A stretch of 64,000 bases of DNA from sequence record SRR2962707_3801, one strand, 5' to 3'. Shown piece after piece: positions 19,798-28,267 of the stretch (position 1 is the first letter of the stretch; every line of letters begins with the position of its first letter). The notes under the pieces are model-generated. The model did no database searches and was not told where the DNA came from. It saw nothing but the letters and a program-made list of their open reading frames with translations. The translations under genes and the position numbers were made by a program.

Positions 19798-20373
19798 CTA
19801 CTTAGCCCACTTCAGTGGTGGTATTTTTTCTTCATTAGCCGAGCACTCGACTAGTGTATTGAATCTTTTTTCTCTTGTTTCCTCACGCTTGGCACTCATC
19901 ACCCAATGGATGGATTGCTTTTGATAAGAAGGGGAGAGTTTTTTATTGAAAAAAGACCAGGCATCTTTATTGGCTTTTAACCTTTTGCTGAATTCAGGGC
20001 TTAAGACCACTTTTTTCTGTTCAAAAGAAGCTTTTCCAGAGTTTTCAGGATCTCTTTTAGCGAAAGCAGCTAACCCGGCTTTGGCAACCAAATCAGCTTT
20101 TTTTAATTCTTTAATTCGTTTGATATTGACATGACTCCAGTGACTATTAGGTTTACGAGGAGTAAATCGAATCTGGTAAGCTTCTTCATCGATTCTTTTT
20201 CTGATCCCATCAATCCACCCAAAACAAAGGGCCTGATCTACGGACTCTGGCCAGGTGATGCTTGGCTTACCGGTCGCTTTTTTGTAGTAACCAACCCATA
20301 ACTCCGTTTCTGTTTGATGATTCTCTTCCAACCATTTCCTGAAATCATCCGGAGTAGGGAAGAAGGTAGTCAT
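19798..20373 (-). CDS. YdeI/OmpD-associated family protein
   Basis: 'FRKWLEENH', 'ALCFGWIDG', 'FTPRKPNSHWS', 'SAKREETR'. Confidence 0.88.
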   Translation of the reverse strand: MTTFFPTPDDFRKWLEENHQTETELWVGYYKKATGKPSITWPESVDQALCFGWIDGIRKRIDEEAYQIRFTPRKPNSHWSHVNIKRIKELKKADLVAKAGLAAFAKRDPENSGKASFEQKKVVLSPEFSKRLKANKDAWSFFNKKLSPSYQKQSIHWVMSAKREETREKRFNTLVECSANEEKIPPLKWAK

Positions 20374-20374
20374 T

Positions 20375-20791
20375 TTAAAAAGGCAATAAATCCGGTTCTA
20401 TGTATTCCTTCTTTGCATGCTTATCAGCAAATACATTAAAGCCGTAATGCTGTCCCAGGATGTCTTTGAAGTTGGAAAGCAATCGTGGAAACTCCTGAAT
20501 GAAGTCTTTAAAATTATCAGATTTAGCTTTTTGCATGAAGTGATTCATAGCTTTCACGGAGGCTATGGTCACCGTCTTATTGAATTTGTCATACACGCCT
20601 AAGGATTCAGCATATCCTTTGATCTGGTCGCACATATTTCGCTCAGCCTGCTGGAGCCCATACCTCTCTATATGGACATAAGCAAGCCTCAGGTGGGCCT
20701 CATGTGAAAACATGCCCGGCTTCAATCTGTATGCTCTGAAGTGTTCTTCGAATTCCTCGTCGGTGTACTGCCAGTGATCTTTGATGCGCAT
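20375..20791 (-). CDS. Conserved hypothetical protein
   Basis: 138-aa ORF coupled to the next gene; 'FSHEAHLRLAY', ends 'IEPDLLPF'. Confidence 0.75.
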   Translation of the reverse strand: MRIKDHWQYTDEEFEEHFRAYRLKPGMFSHEAHLRLAYVHIERYGLQQAERNMCDQIKGYAESLGVYDKFNKTVTIASVKAMNHFMQKAKSDNFKDFIQEFPRLLSNFKDILGQHYGFNVFADKHAKKEYIEPDLLPF

Positions 20792-20886
20792 GGTGCAAAA
20801 ATAGCCATTCTATAAAGGCACTACCTTAAAAGGTGAACAGTGGCATATCAGTATTTATTCATCGATTTTTAAATACCTTTTATAGA

Positions 20887-20939
20887 AATGCATCAAATAT
20901 TGAGGTATTTGTTTGTAATATATCAAATCTTGATGTATT
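20887..20939. promoter_or_regulatory. Two tandem palindromic operators (probable PadR sites)
   Basis: AATGCATCAA-ATA-TTGAGGTATT (20887-20909) and AATATATCAA-ATC-TTGATGTATT (20917-20939), 30-bp period, directly before the PadR ATG. Confidence 0.65.
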
Positions 20940-20947
20940 GTTGCGTT

Positions 20948-21298
20948 ATGTATTCAAAAGAACTCTTAAAAGGGACATTAGAAGTGATCGTGTTGCAGGT
21001 ACTTTCTGAGAAAGGAAAAATGTACGGATATGAGCTTTCGCAAATGGTGAAGGAAGCCACTGATGGGAAGATTCATTTAAAAGATGGATCCTTATATCCT
21101 GCACTTCACAAAATGACGAAAGATGGTATCCTCACCTTCGAGGAAGTGAGTATTGGGAAACGTATACGCAAGTATTACAAACTCACCGCTAAAGGAGAGG
21201 AGCAAAAGGAAACCCTGCTTGACGAAATGCGCGACTTTATCAAAACCATCGAAAAAGTGATTTTCAAAGAATTCAAAACACTGCCCAAGCTATGTTAG
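20948..21298 (+). CDS. PadR-family transcriptional regulator
   Basis: 'ELLKGTLEVIVL', 'MYGYEL', 'GSLYPALHK', 'RKYYKLT'; ATG 20948 preferred over 20888. Confidence 0.92.
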   Translation: MYSKELLKGTLEVIVLQVLSEKGKMYGYELSQMVKEATDGKIHLKDGSLYPALHKMTKDGILTFEEVSIGKRIRKYYKLTAKGEEQKETLLDEMRDFIKTIEKVIFKEFKTLPKLC

Positions 21299-21903
21299 AC
21301 ACCAAATACGAAGATCAGATCATTGAAGAGGTAAATCAAAGTGCCATCAAAGATCAGGCAATGAAAGATGACTTGATCGATCACTTCTGTTGCCTGGTAG
21401 AGATTGAAATGGACAAAGGTCTTTCTTTCGAGAAGGCCCTTCAAAAAGCATATCTACAAACAGCTCCTAACGGGCTGGATGAAATACAAAAGGAAACTAT
21501 TTTTTTACTCAATTACTCAAAAATCATGTTTATGAAACGACTAATGTATGTAGTTGGCTATCTCTTTGCTTTGGCATGGATAGTCGGAATTTTGTTTAAG
21601 ACTATGCACTATCCAGGTGCAGGAGTACTTATGGGGGTTGGAGCTTTAGGACTGGCTGCCATCTTCTTACCACTGTTGTTAATCAACAAGTACAAAGTGA
21701 TCACGAGAGAAGTGTTGAGCGAAAAGCTGAAATGGATTTTCGGATTAGCTTCGGTCTTCTTACTAATGACTTCCCTGACGCTGAAAATGCTTCATATGCC
21801 AGGAGCTAACATTATGATCTTCGTGTCATTTATGTTACTGGGCTTTGGTTTTTTGCCTTTCCTGTTTTTCAGGATGTACAAAAAATCCATCGATGAACTC
21901 TGA
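21292..21903 (+). CDS. Membrane protein with helical N-terminal domain and two GldL-N-like TM hairpins
   Basis: 'DDLIDHFCCLVE', repeated 'FKTMHYPGA' / 'LKMLHMPGA'; overlaps the PadR gene. Confidence 0.75.
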   Translation: MLDTKYEDQIIEEVNQSAIKDQAMKDDLIDHFCCLVEIEMDKGLSFEKALQKAYLQTAPNGLDEIQKETIFLLNYSKIMFMKRLMYVVGYLFALAWIVGILFKTMHYPGAGVLMGVGALGLAAIFLPLLLINKYKVITREVLSEKLKWIFGLASVFLLMTSLTLKMLHMPGANIMIFVSFMLLGFGFLPFLFFRMYKKSIDEL

Positions 21904-21928
21904 GGTCAAGGACTTAAAACTCAAAATG

Positions 21929-21960
21929 AAAGGGCTACCTGTTTCAGGTGGCCTTTTTTT
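21929..21960 (+). terminator. Intrinsic terminator
   Basis: AAAGGGCTACCTG-TTT-CAGGTGGCC followed by T7. Confidence 0.8.
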
Positions 21961-21971
21961 AGCTTTACATA

Positions 21972-22385
21972 ATGGTCACGCAATACAATATTGATTTAGC
22001 ATCATATCCCCGCGGATTTCACCTAATCACGGATGAAATACTGAGTCGTATTGATCTCTCCGGAATAGCGACCGGACTACTCAATGTCTTTATCAAACAT
22101 ACCTCTGCCAGTCTCACCATCAATGAAAACGCTGATCCAACTGTTCGTACTGATTTCGAAAGCCACTTCAATAAGTTTATTCCTGAAAATGCATCCTATT
22201 ATCAGCATACCTATGAAGGTCCGGATGATATGCCAGCTCATTTGAAAGCCAGTACATTGGGAAGTTCAGTAACCATCCCTATCACAAATGGTCGGCTAAA
22301 TCTCGGAACCTGGCAAGGTATCTATTTGGGTGAGCATCGGGATCATGGAGGTAGTCGGGAACTGGTGGTTACCGTTTATTCATAG
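21972..22385 (+). CDS. yjbQ: YjbQ / UPF0047 family protein
   Basis: 'HTSASLTINENADP', 'EGPDDMPAHLK', 'LGTWQGIYL'. Confidence 0.92.
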   Translation: MVTQYNIDLASYPRGFHLITDEILSRIDLSGIATGLLNVFIKHTSASLTINENADPTVRTDFESHFNKFIPENASYYQHTYEGPDDMPAHLKASTLGSSVTIPITNGRLNLGTWQGIYLGEHRDHGGSRELVVTVYS

Positions 22386-22488
22386 GGTTTCAAAAAGTGG
22401 ATTGATATAAATCATACGTGCAATTGATCATGCCCATAGAGTGGGGAGTGCATAGTGTCCATCTTCGTTGTGACAAAATGATAATGCT

Positions 22489-22902
22489 ATGAAAACGAGA
22501 CCGATTTCCGAAATAATGACCAAGCAAGTTCACTTTATTGATATCAACGATCCGGTGGTCGATGCACGAAACCTGCTGGATAAATATGAGATCAATCACC
22601 TGCCCGTAATGGAAAACGGTAAATTGGTTGGTATGCTTAGCTCCAATGATTTGAAGCGTGTACAATACCTATGTGACTTCATTGGTGAACGGCTGGAAGA
22701 GAGCACTATTTTTAAATCTCTTTCCATCGAAGAATTAATGACCGAGAAAGTCCAATCTTTAACAACCAATGCGAGTATTGAAGAGGCAGGTCAGGTGTTC
22801 AGTAATGTGTCTTTTCAGTCTTTGCCTATTTTGGAAAATGGAGAATTGGTAGGTATTGTAACAACCAAAGATGTGTTTGCCGCTTTTTTGACTGATTATT
22901 AA
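22489..22902 (+). CDS. CBS-domain protein
   Basis: 'INHLPVMENGKLVGMLS', 'SLPILENGELVGIVTTKD'. Confidence 0.88.
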   Translation: MKTRPISEIMTKQVHFIDINDPVVDARNLLDKYEINHLPVMENGKLVGMLSSNDLKRVQYLCDFIGERLEESTIFKSLSIEELMTEKVQSLTTNASIEEAGQVFSNVSFQSLPILENGELVGIVTTKDVFAAFLTDY

Positions 22903-23987
22903 ACAGTTACTGCAAGTAGTTCTTCTTTCCGATCCTTCCCTCTCAACTCGATCATGCCGTGTGATTTGAAAATGTATGAATTGGAGGGTAGTGCTTCCCG
23001 TAGTTTGCCAGAGATGAGAAGATCGCTTTTTAGCTCGTCACACCTACTTTGAATCCGAGCTGTGGTATTGAGTACATCACCAGTAAACACAATCTCTTTC
23101 TTAAGTGCCCCCACCTCACCGATGGTAACCTCTCCATAATGGAGGCCGGCTTTGAACCTTATCTCAAAACCATATTTTTTGAGAAAATGATCTCGTGTTG
23201 ACTTGATTCTATCCTGGATTTCGAAGAAACATTGAATACAGTTGGAGTTATCCAGTCCCTTGTCCAGTTTCCATGATATAACTATTTCATCCCCTATGTA
23301 TTGATATACTTCTCCCTGACAGTTCACGATTGGATCAGACATCAGATCGTAATATTCCTGTAGCAATTTGAAATACCGTACATGACCCAAAGACTCAGCA
23401 ATGGTGGTGGACGATTTCATATCTAAAAACATAAAAATACGCGTCTCTACGACTGGACTGTGATACTTACCGGTGAAGAAATTCAGAAAAACATGATGTC
23501 CCAGGTTTTCACTTATAGCAGCATAAATCAGACTGACAAATAGTGAGAGTGAGAGCTGAAATAATGTATTTAGAAAGGTAATGCTAAGAAAAAACTTCTT
23601 TGTCCGTTCCCAAACCTCCGGACTGCTAATGCTTATTCCTTGTTCCAGGCTTGCCGCAATTGGATAATTAATCGCGATAATGACGATGAAAAGAACCAGA
23701 TAGACCAGAAATTTATAGAAGATTTTACTTCGCAAACTGTGCTTACGAAAGTATTTTTCCAAATAAACCACCTCAAGTGTGCCCACAAACAAACCGACAA
23801 TGGAGATAGCAATGCTTGCATAAATGAATACCGGAAGCGTCAGCGTAATATCTGTTTCAGGAACTTCAGCTTGGTTTCTGGTAGCAACAAACTCAGTGAT
23901 CAGAAACACCCACCCTGTAAGTAGCCAGATCACTCCGAATGGGATAATTCGGGAGATATTGCGTTTGGATTTAGGTGATAAGCGCAT
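22899..23987 (-). CDS. Membrane-bound class III adenylate/guanylate cyclase
   Basis: About 4 TM segments, then 'FMFLDMKSST', 'YIGDE', 'GDVLNTTARIQ'. Confidence 0.9.
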   Translation of the reverse strand: MRLSPKSKRNISRIIPFGVIWLLTGWVFLITEFVATRNQAEVPETDITLTLPVFIYASIAISIVGLFVGTLEVVYLEKYFRKHSLRSKIFYKFLVYLVLFIVIIAINYPIAASLEQGISISSPEVWERTKKFFLSITFLNTLFQLSLSLFVSLIYAAISENLGHHVFLNFFTGKYHSPVVETRIFMFLDMKSSTTIAESLGHVRYFKLLQEYYDLMSDPIVNCQGEVYQYIGDEIVISWKLDKGLDNSNCIQCFFEIQDRIKSTRDHFLKKYGFEIRFKAGLHYGEVTIGEVGALKKEIVFTGDVLNTTARIQSRCDELKSDLLISGKLREALPSNSYIFKSHGMIELRGKDRKEELLAVTV

Positions 23988-24064
23988 ACATTTTGAATGA
24001 TAGGCTATACAAAGCTAGTTTATGTCTATCACATCATGACTTCTTGTTCATTTGATATCTGGTA

Positions 24065-24484
24065 TTAGGTTTTGCGTACTTCTAATGGAATCCAAGTCCA
24101 CGCGTACCAAACAATGTATGAAGTGGTTGCTATTTCTATAGCAGCAAAAAACATATAATGATAACTAGCTTCTCCCATAAACAGCGTTCCTATCATTATG
24201 AGCGTTTTCATACAGCCAGCTATCATATTGGTTATTCGATTTGCCCTGTATTTCAAAACCCTTGATAACAATACCATCGCAATTGAAACTTCCATTATTA
24301 CACCTGCTACTAGCAAAGTGCTTTCATTCATATTCATTCCATTGACTTCACCTGTGAGCAACGCATTTAATAGTTCGGCAGACATGAGTGATAAAACATC
24401 ACAATACAGATAATTTAATGTGACGAATATCCATAGCGTTGATAGAATCACTTTTCTATCTTTCATTATTTCTTGTGAATTCAT
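24065..24484 (-). CDS. DUF6326-like small membrane protein
   Basis: 'LSTLWIFVTLNYLYCD', four TM segments, 'IVWYAWTW'. Confidence 0.75.
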   Translation of the reverse strand: MNSQEIMKDRKVILSTLWIFVTLNYLYCDVLSLMSAELLNALLTGEVNGMNMNESTLLVAGVIMEVSIAMVLLSRVLKYRANRITNMIAGCMKTLIMIGTLFMGEASYHYMFFAAIEIATTSYIVWYAWTWIPLEVRKT

Positions 24485-24525
24485 TCTTTTAGTTTTTGAT
24501 AGTGAATATCCATTAAAGTCCCAGG

Positions 24526-24687
24526 CTAATCAGGCTTTTTATTGCGCTTGAGAGCTTTTTTTGAGCCAAAAGCAACGCCCAGTGCAACCCCCACTCCAAT
24601 CCATACGGCAAGATTATCAGTCGCGACACCAATGGCAGTTCCCAGGCTGATTCCAAGAACCAGGCCCATGTTTTTTCTGTTCTTCAT
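24526..24687 (-). CDS. Small glycine-zipper membrane protein (53 aa, not in ORF track)
   Basis: ATG 24687 to TAG 24526: MKNRKNMGLVLGISLGTAIGVATDNLAVWIGVGVALGVAFGSKKALKRNKKPD. Confidence 0.7.
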   Translation of the reverse strand: MKNRKNMGLVLGISLGTAIGVATDNLAVWIGVGVALGVAFGSKKALKRNKKPD

Positions 24688-24742
24688 CTGAAGGCATTTT
24701 GTTACTTCAAATTACGAAGTACACATTATTCATGGATGAAAT

Positions 24743-24885
24743 TTATGCTAAGCGGTTCTTATCCCACCTGCATCGCTCGCTACAGTACCTCACCTCATTC
24801 CACACCTTCACCATTTCTTCCGCCAGGTGAAAGGCTTGCCACAGGTTGAGCAAGTCTTGGTAGGTAAATATGGTTTTTGATGCAT
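24743..24885 (-). pseudogene. DUF2256-like Cys-rich small protein, frameshifted
   Basis: MHQKPYLPTKTCSTCGKPFTWRKKW then TGA at 24810-24808; the continuation KVWNEVRYCSERCRWDKNRLA* lies in a shifted frame (1 nt missing). Confidence 0.75.
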
Positions 24886-24896
24886 TTGATCTCTTT

Positions 24897-26006
24897 TCAG
24901 CCAAACAAGGTTGGTTGGTTCCATTCCTTCAGTTCCTTTTTACATTTCTTCCAAAAAGCAAAAAACGAGCGATAATATCCGGTGACACCAAACATCCAAT
25001 CGCGAGGTTCTTCTAATCCACTGTAGTTGTTAAGCGGATGTTCTTTATATGTCACATCGTTGATGGTAAACTCCTCTAATAGAGTATTATACTCTCCAAC
25101 AAAGACCTGAATTCCTTCGGTGTTTTCCGCTAAGCCCATCATGAAATCAATGGAGTTTTGCGAGACCGGATATTTATCAAATACACTGGGTTCTAATAGT
25201 AAGACTCGGTTTACATCTTTGTTTTGATGCCAGGTGGGATCCAGATTGTAAAAATTATAAATGAGTGTTGGCTTCTTGATATCGATGGAGAGCTCATCAG
25301 ATTCCGGAAGTGGGGTTTTCAGTTCCGGAACGATGGTATCTTTCAGCACCTCCGGGATATCCATGTTTTCAAATTCACTATAATCAACATCCAGGAATGT
25401 TCCTTTCTGAATGGTGTAGCAGTATTTGTTGATGTTGCCTTGGTTGGCATAATATTCTTTCCCAGCATTGGCACCAGACACCCACTGCCAGCTGAGTGCA
25501 TTGCTGGCCCAGTCACCATCAAGGAGATGATAATACATCCACCGAGCTGGCACCCACCAGTGACTTTTGCCCACATTGCAGGCGATGCTCGCGATGTACA
25601 TCCGCAAGTGATTATGTAAGTATCCTGTCTCGTAATATTCTTTTATAGCATCATCAATCGCATTTATTCCGGTTTGCGCATCAATTAGTGCTGTAGGCAC
25701 TTTATGATTTTGAACGTTGGGTTGTTCTCTCCTCAGATCGGAATTAATTTCATCGCCTTTAGCCACCCATACTTGCTGCCAGTAATCCCGCCAGGCCAGT
25801 TCTTGAATGAATTTCTCAATCTTTTTGGGATCAAAACCTCGCTCCATCACCGAGTGAAAGACCTGTTTGGTAGAGACCACACCTCTTGAAATGTAAGGCG
25901 AGAGCTTTGTTACAGCTCCATCTATGAAGTTTCTGGTTTTTCCGTATTTAATGGGATCGATTGAAGCTACCTGATCCAAAATGTCTTTGTAATCGGTGCT
26001 GAACAT
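24897..26006 (-). CDS. Photolyase/cryptochrome-family protein, FAD-binding domain at the N-terminus
   Basis: 'YGKTRN...TKLSPYISRG', 'ELAWRDYW', 'GYLHNHLRMYIAS', 'LLDGDWASNALSWQW'. Confidence 0.88.
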   Translation of the reverse strand: MFSTDYKDILDQVASIDPIKYGKTRNFIDGAVTKLSPYISRGVVSTKQVFHSVMERGFDPKKIEKFIQELAWRDYWQQVWVAKGDEINSDLRREQPNVQNHKVPTALIDAQTGINAIDDAIKEYYETGYLHNHLRMYIASIACNVGKSHWWVPARWMYYHLLDGDWASNALSWQWVSGANAGKEYYANQGNINKYCYTIQKGTFLDVDYSEFENMDIPEVLKDTIVPELKTPLPESDELSIDIKKPTLIYNFYNLDPTWHQNKDVNRVLLLEPSVFDKYPVSQNSIDFMMGLAENTEGIQVFVGEYNTLLEEFTINDVTYKEHPLNNYSGLEEPRDWMFGVTGYYRSFFAFWKKCKKELKEWNQPTLFG

Positions 26007-26281
26007 TAGCGCTTGGTGATTTTATTTAAACTGATCTGTTTTTGCCTGGATGATTTGAAGCGAGTCATCTCATCCGGTTGCTTTTTTAAATGTTTCTGAC
26101 TCGGGCCGGAATTGACACGTTTTCGCCATAGATTAAAACTGCTACGCTTTAGTTCAGATCGCATGAGTTTTATTACTTCCTTTTCTGGTAACCCAAACTG
26201 AAATTCAATCGCCTCAAAAGGCGTTCGGTCCTCCCACGCCATTTCAATGATTCTGTTCCTATCTCTTTCAGTTAATTCCAT
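26006..26281 (-). CDS. TIGR03643 / DUF2805-like protein
   Basis: 'RIIEMAWEDRTPFEAIEFQFGL.EKEVIKLMR...SFNLWRKRV'. Confidence 0.85.
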   Translation of the reverse strand: MELTERDRNRIIEMAWEDRTPFEAIEFQFGLPEKEVIKLMRSELKRSSFNLWRKRVNSGPSQKHLKKQPDEMTRFKSSRQKQISLNKITKR

Positions 26282-26300
26282 ATACTTTTATGACTATTAG

Positions 26301-26387
26301 TGTCATTTCGACCTCAGGGAGAAATCTTTACTTTTAATTAAAGATTCCTCACATCGCCTGCCTGCTGCAGGCAGGTTCGGAATGACA
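26301..26387. repeat. Composite REP/REPIN-like element
   Basis: TGTCATTTCGA/TCGGAATGACA outer IR, GAGAAATCTTTA/TAAAGATTCCTC inner IR, and CCTGCCTGC-T-GCAGGCAGG hairpin at 26357-26375. Confidence 0.7.
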
Positions 26388-26405
26388 TGCGACAAAATAC
26401 TTGAT

Positions 26406-26888
26406 CTAAAGAATAATCCCTGCTTCAATCAAATCCTGCAACATTAATATGTTGTTCTCCGAATTTGTTTTGGATTTCACCACATCAAACCAAAAAAGCT
26501 CATGATCACCACCTATATTTTTTCGCCCTCTCATTTCAAGTTCCAGGTATCTACACGCACCGGCAAGTACTTCACGTCCGTACCATTTGGTAAGGAAGTC
26601 TTTTGAAATAAGCTTCTCAGCTTTATTGATTTGCTTACCACTCTTCTTACCAAGGAGGCTAACCAAGGATTGATGATCCTGATGAAGAATCTGCAGGACG
26701 CATTCACAACCTTTCTCAAGGTTCTCATACGTTTTGGTGGAATAATAAATTGCAACCATGAAAAGCTTGGGCTTCATGCTCACTGCTGTCACATATGTGC
26801 AGATATTCATGTTAACCTGATCACCATCGTAAGTTGCTAGGCTGTACACTGGCATGTTTATGATGTTCCAGGTTCGTTTTAAACCCAT
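26406..26888 (-). CDS. Flavin reductase-like (split barrel) protein
   Basis: 'NMNICTYVTAVSMKP', 'LGKKSG', 'GDHELF'. Confidence 0.82.
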   Translation of the reverse strand: MGLKRTWNIINMPVYSLATYDGDQVNMNICTYVTAVSMKPKLFMVAIYYSTKTYENLEKGCECVLQILHQDHQSLVSLLGKKSGKQINKAEKLISKDFLTKWYGREVLAGACRYLELEMRGRKNIGGDHELFWFDVVKSKTNSENNILMLQDLIEAGIIL

Positions 26889-27046
26889 TAAAGAGCTTCC
26901 ATTTCTTTAAGTACCTGATCTGCCTCTGCCGCTTTCTCGTCGCTTGCCCTACGATTGGTTTTCGAGAGCGTGTACGATTCTTTCATTAGCTTCTCATATT
27001 TCTTTTGAAGCTTTTGTTTTGGTGTTGTTCTACTAAATAGTCCCAT
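26888..27046 (-). CDS. Lacal_2735-like small protein (52 aa, not in ORF track)
   Basis: MGLFSRTTPKQKLQKKYEKLMKESYTLSKTNRRASDEKAAEADQVLKEMEAL*; its stop overlaps the next ATG (TAATG). Confidence 0.8.
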   Translation of the reverse strand: MGLFSRTTPKQKLQKKYEKLMKESYTLSKTNRRASDEKAAEADQVLKEMEAL

Positions 27047-27082
27047 AGTGAAAGAACCATGATCAGACTATAATGTTGACGG

Positions 27083-28093
27083 TTATGCACTTTTTTGCAT
27101 GTGCTCTTCTCTGAATTCACCGGGAGATGATCCGACAAGCTTTTTGAAATTTTTGTAAAACGAGACTTTATTTCGAAAGCCGGCTTCTTCTCCGATAGCT
27201 TCCAGTTTTAGATGACTAGATGATTCGTTTAGGAGTCTGTTTTTTGCTTCTTCTACTCTAAACTCATTGATCAGCTCAGAAAAGGATTTCTCAGAGAATG
27301 CATTGAGTGCCTGAGAGATTCGATATTTGGGTACACCCAGTTTTTCGGCAAACGATGACAGGTTGAAATCAGGATCTTTGTAGTATTTGTTTTGTTCGAG
27401 CACTGAATTGATTTTTTGCACCAAATAATCCCCATCTTCTTTGGTTAGACTGCTAGACGAGTACTTCGGTTTCACCTTTTCTTTGATAAAGCTGTATTCG
27501 CCGAAGTAGGTGATGCCATAAGTTAAAATCACAAAGCCTGCACAGATAAAATAGTCAAGACGAAGGGTGTAAAAGCCCAGGTATATTGATGTATGATATG
27601 CAATAAGACCGACGACAAATGAAGCATATGCTAGCAGGAATAGTCGGTTGATTGACGTGAATTTGATTGTTTTTAAAATTGCTACCCCATACCCCAGGAA
27701 TAGGGCAATCTTAATCCAAGGCAAGATCATTCTTGCAACAGGTAGAAAGTCTGATGGAGGTTGAAAGAAAAAAGTAAATACTACCCAATAAACTGTAAAA
27801 GCCAATACAGGAATGAGGTGATAGGGTAGGTGTCTTAGTTTAGCACCTTTCTTTATATAGTAGTAGAAAGCGAATGGCATAAACCAGTTTGCGCTTACAA
27901 ATAACCAAATAAGCACCCTCGGAGGACTGATGGTCTGAGACCAGTAGTTGACATAGTGGATGATGGTGATGGAGAACATGAGCAGGTATAATCCTAAAAA
28001 GCGCTTGCGTTTATTATCGCTTATGATAAACATCAAGGACAGGATCAGTCCATTGATGGCAGAAGCTAGAAAAAGTATAAGTTCCCAGGTCAT
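27083..28093 (-). CDS. Membrane-anchored AraC-family regulator
   Basis: About 7 TM segments; C-terminal HTH 'FSELINEFRVEEAK...AGFRNKVSFYKNFKKLVGSSP'. Confidence 0.9.
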   Translation of the reverse strand: MTWELILFLASAINGLILSLMFIISDNKRKRFLGLYLLMFSITIIHYVNYWSQTISPPRVLIWLFVSANWFMPFAFYYYIKKGAKLRHLPYHLIPVLAFTVYWVVFTFFFQPPSDFLPVARMILPWIKIALFLGYGVAILKTIKFTSINRLFLLAYASFVVGLIAYHTSIYLGFYTLRLDYFICAGFVILTYGITYFGEYSFIKEKVKPKYSSSSLTKEDGDYLVQKINSVLEQNKYYKDPDFNLSSFAEKLGVPKYRISQALNAFSEKSFSELINEFRVEEAKNRLLNESSSHLKLEAIGEEAGFRNKVSFYKNFKKLVGSSPGEFREEHMQKSA

Positions 28094-28267
28094 GATTCAA
28101 TTATAACAAGGATGAAAAGCTAATTCCTGCTTTTCAACAACGGTTAAATGTAATCAGGAAACGGATTTAGCGGATAAATATTCGTTAATGTTAACCTCTA
28201 GATGTTGCTGAACTAAGAGTCAGGGGGCAGGAAGGGGTTATCATTATCGCAACAAAAAACTAAAAAT

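Noticed and set aside
20888-20947. N-terminal extension of PadR in the ORF track
   Set aside because: It overlaps the palindromic operators; the family-typical start is MYSKELLKG at 20948.
24808-24810. Selenocysteine or TGA read-through in the DUF2256-like gene
   Set aside because: The conserved continuation is in a different frame, so read-through would not restore it.
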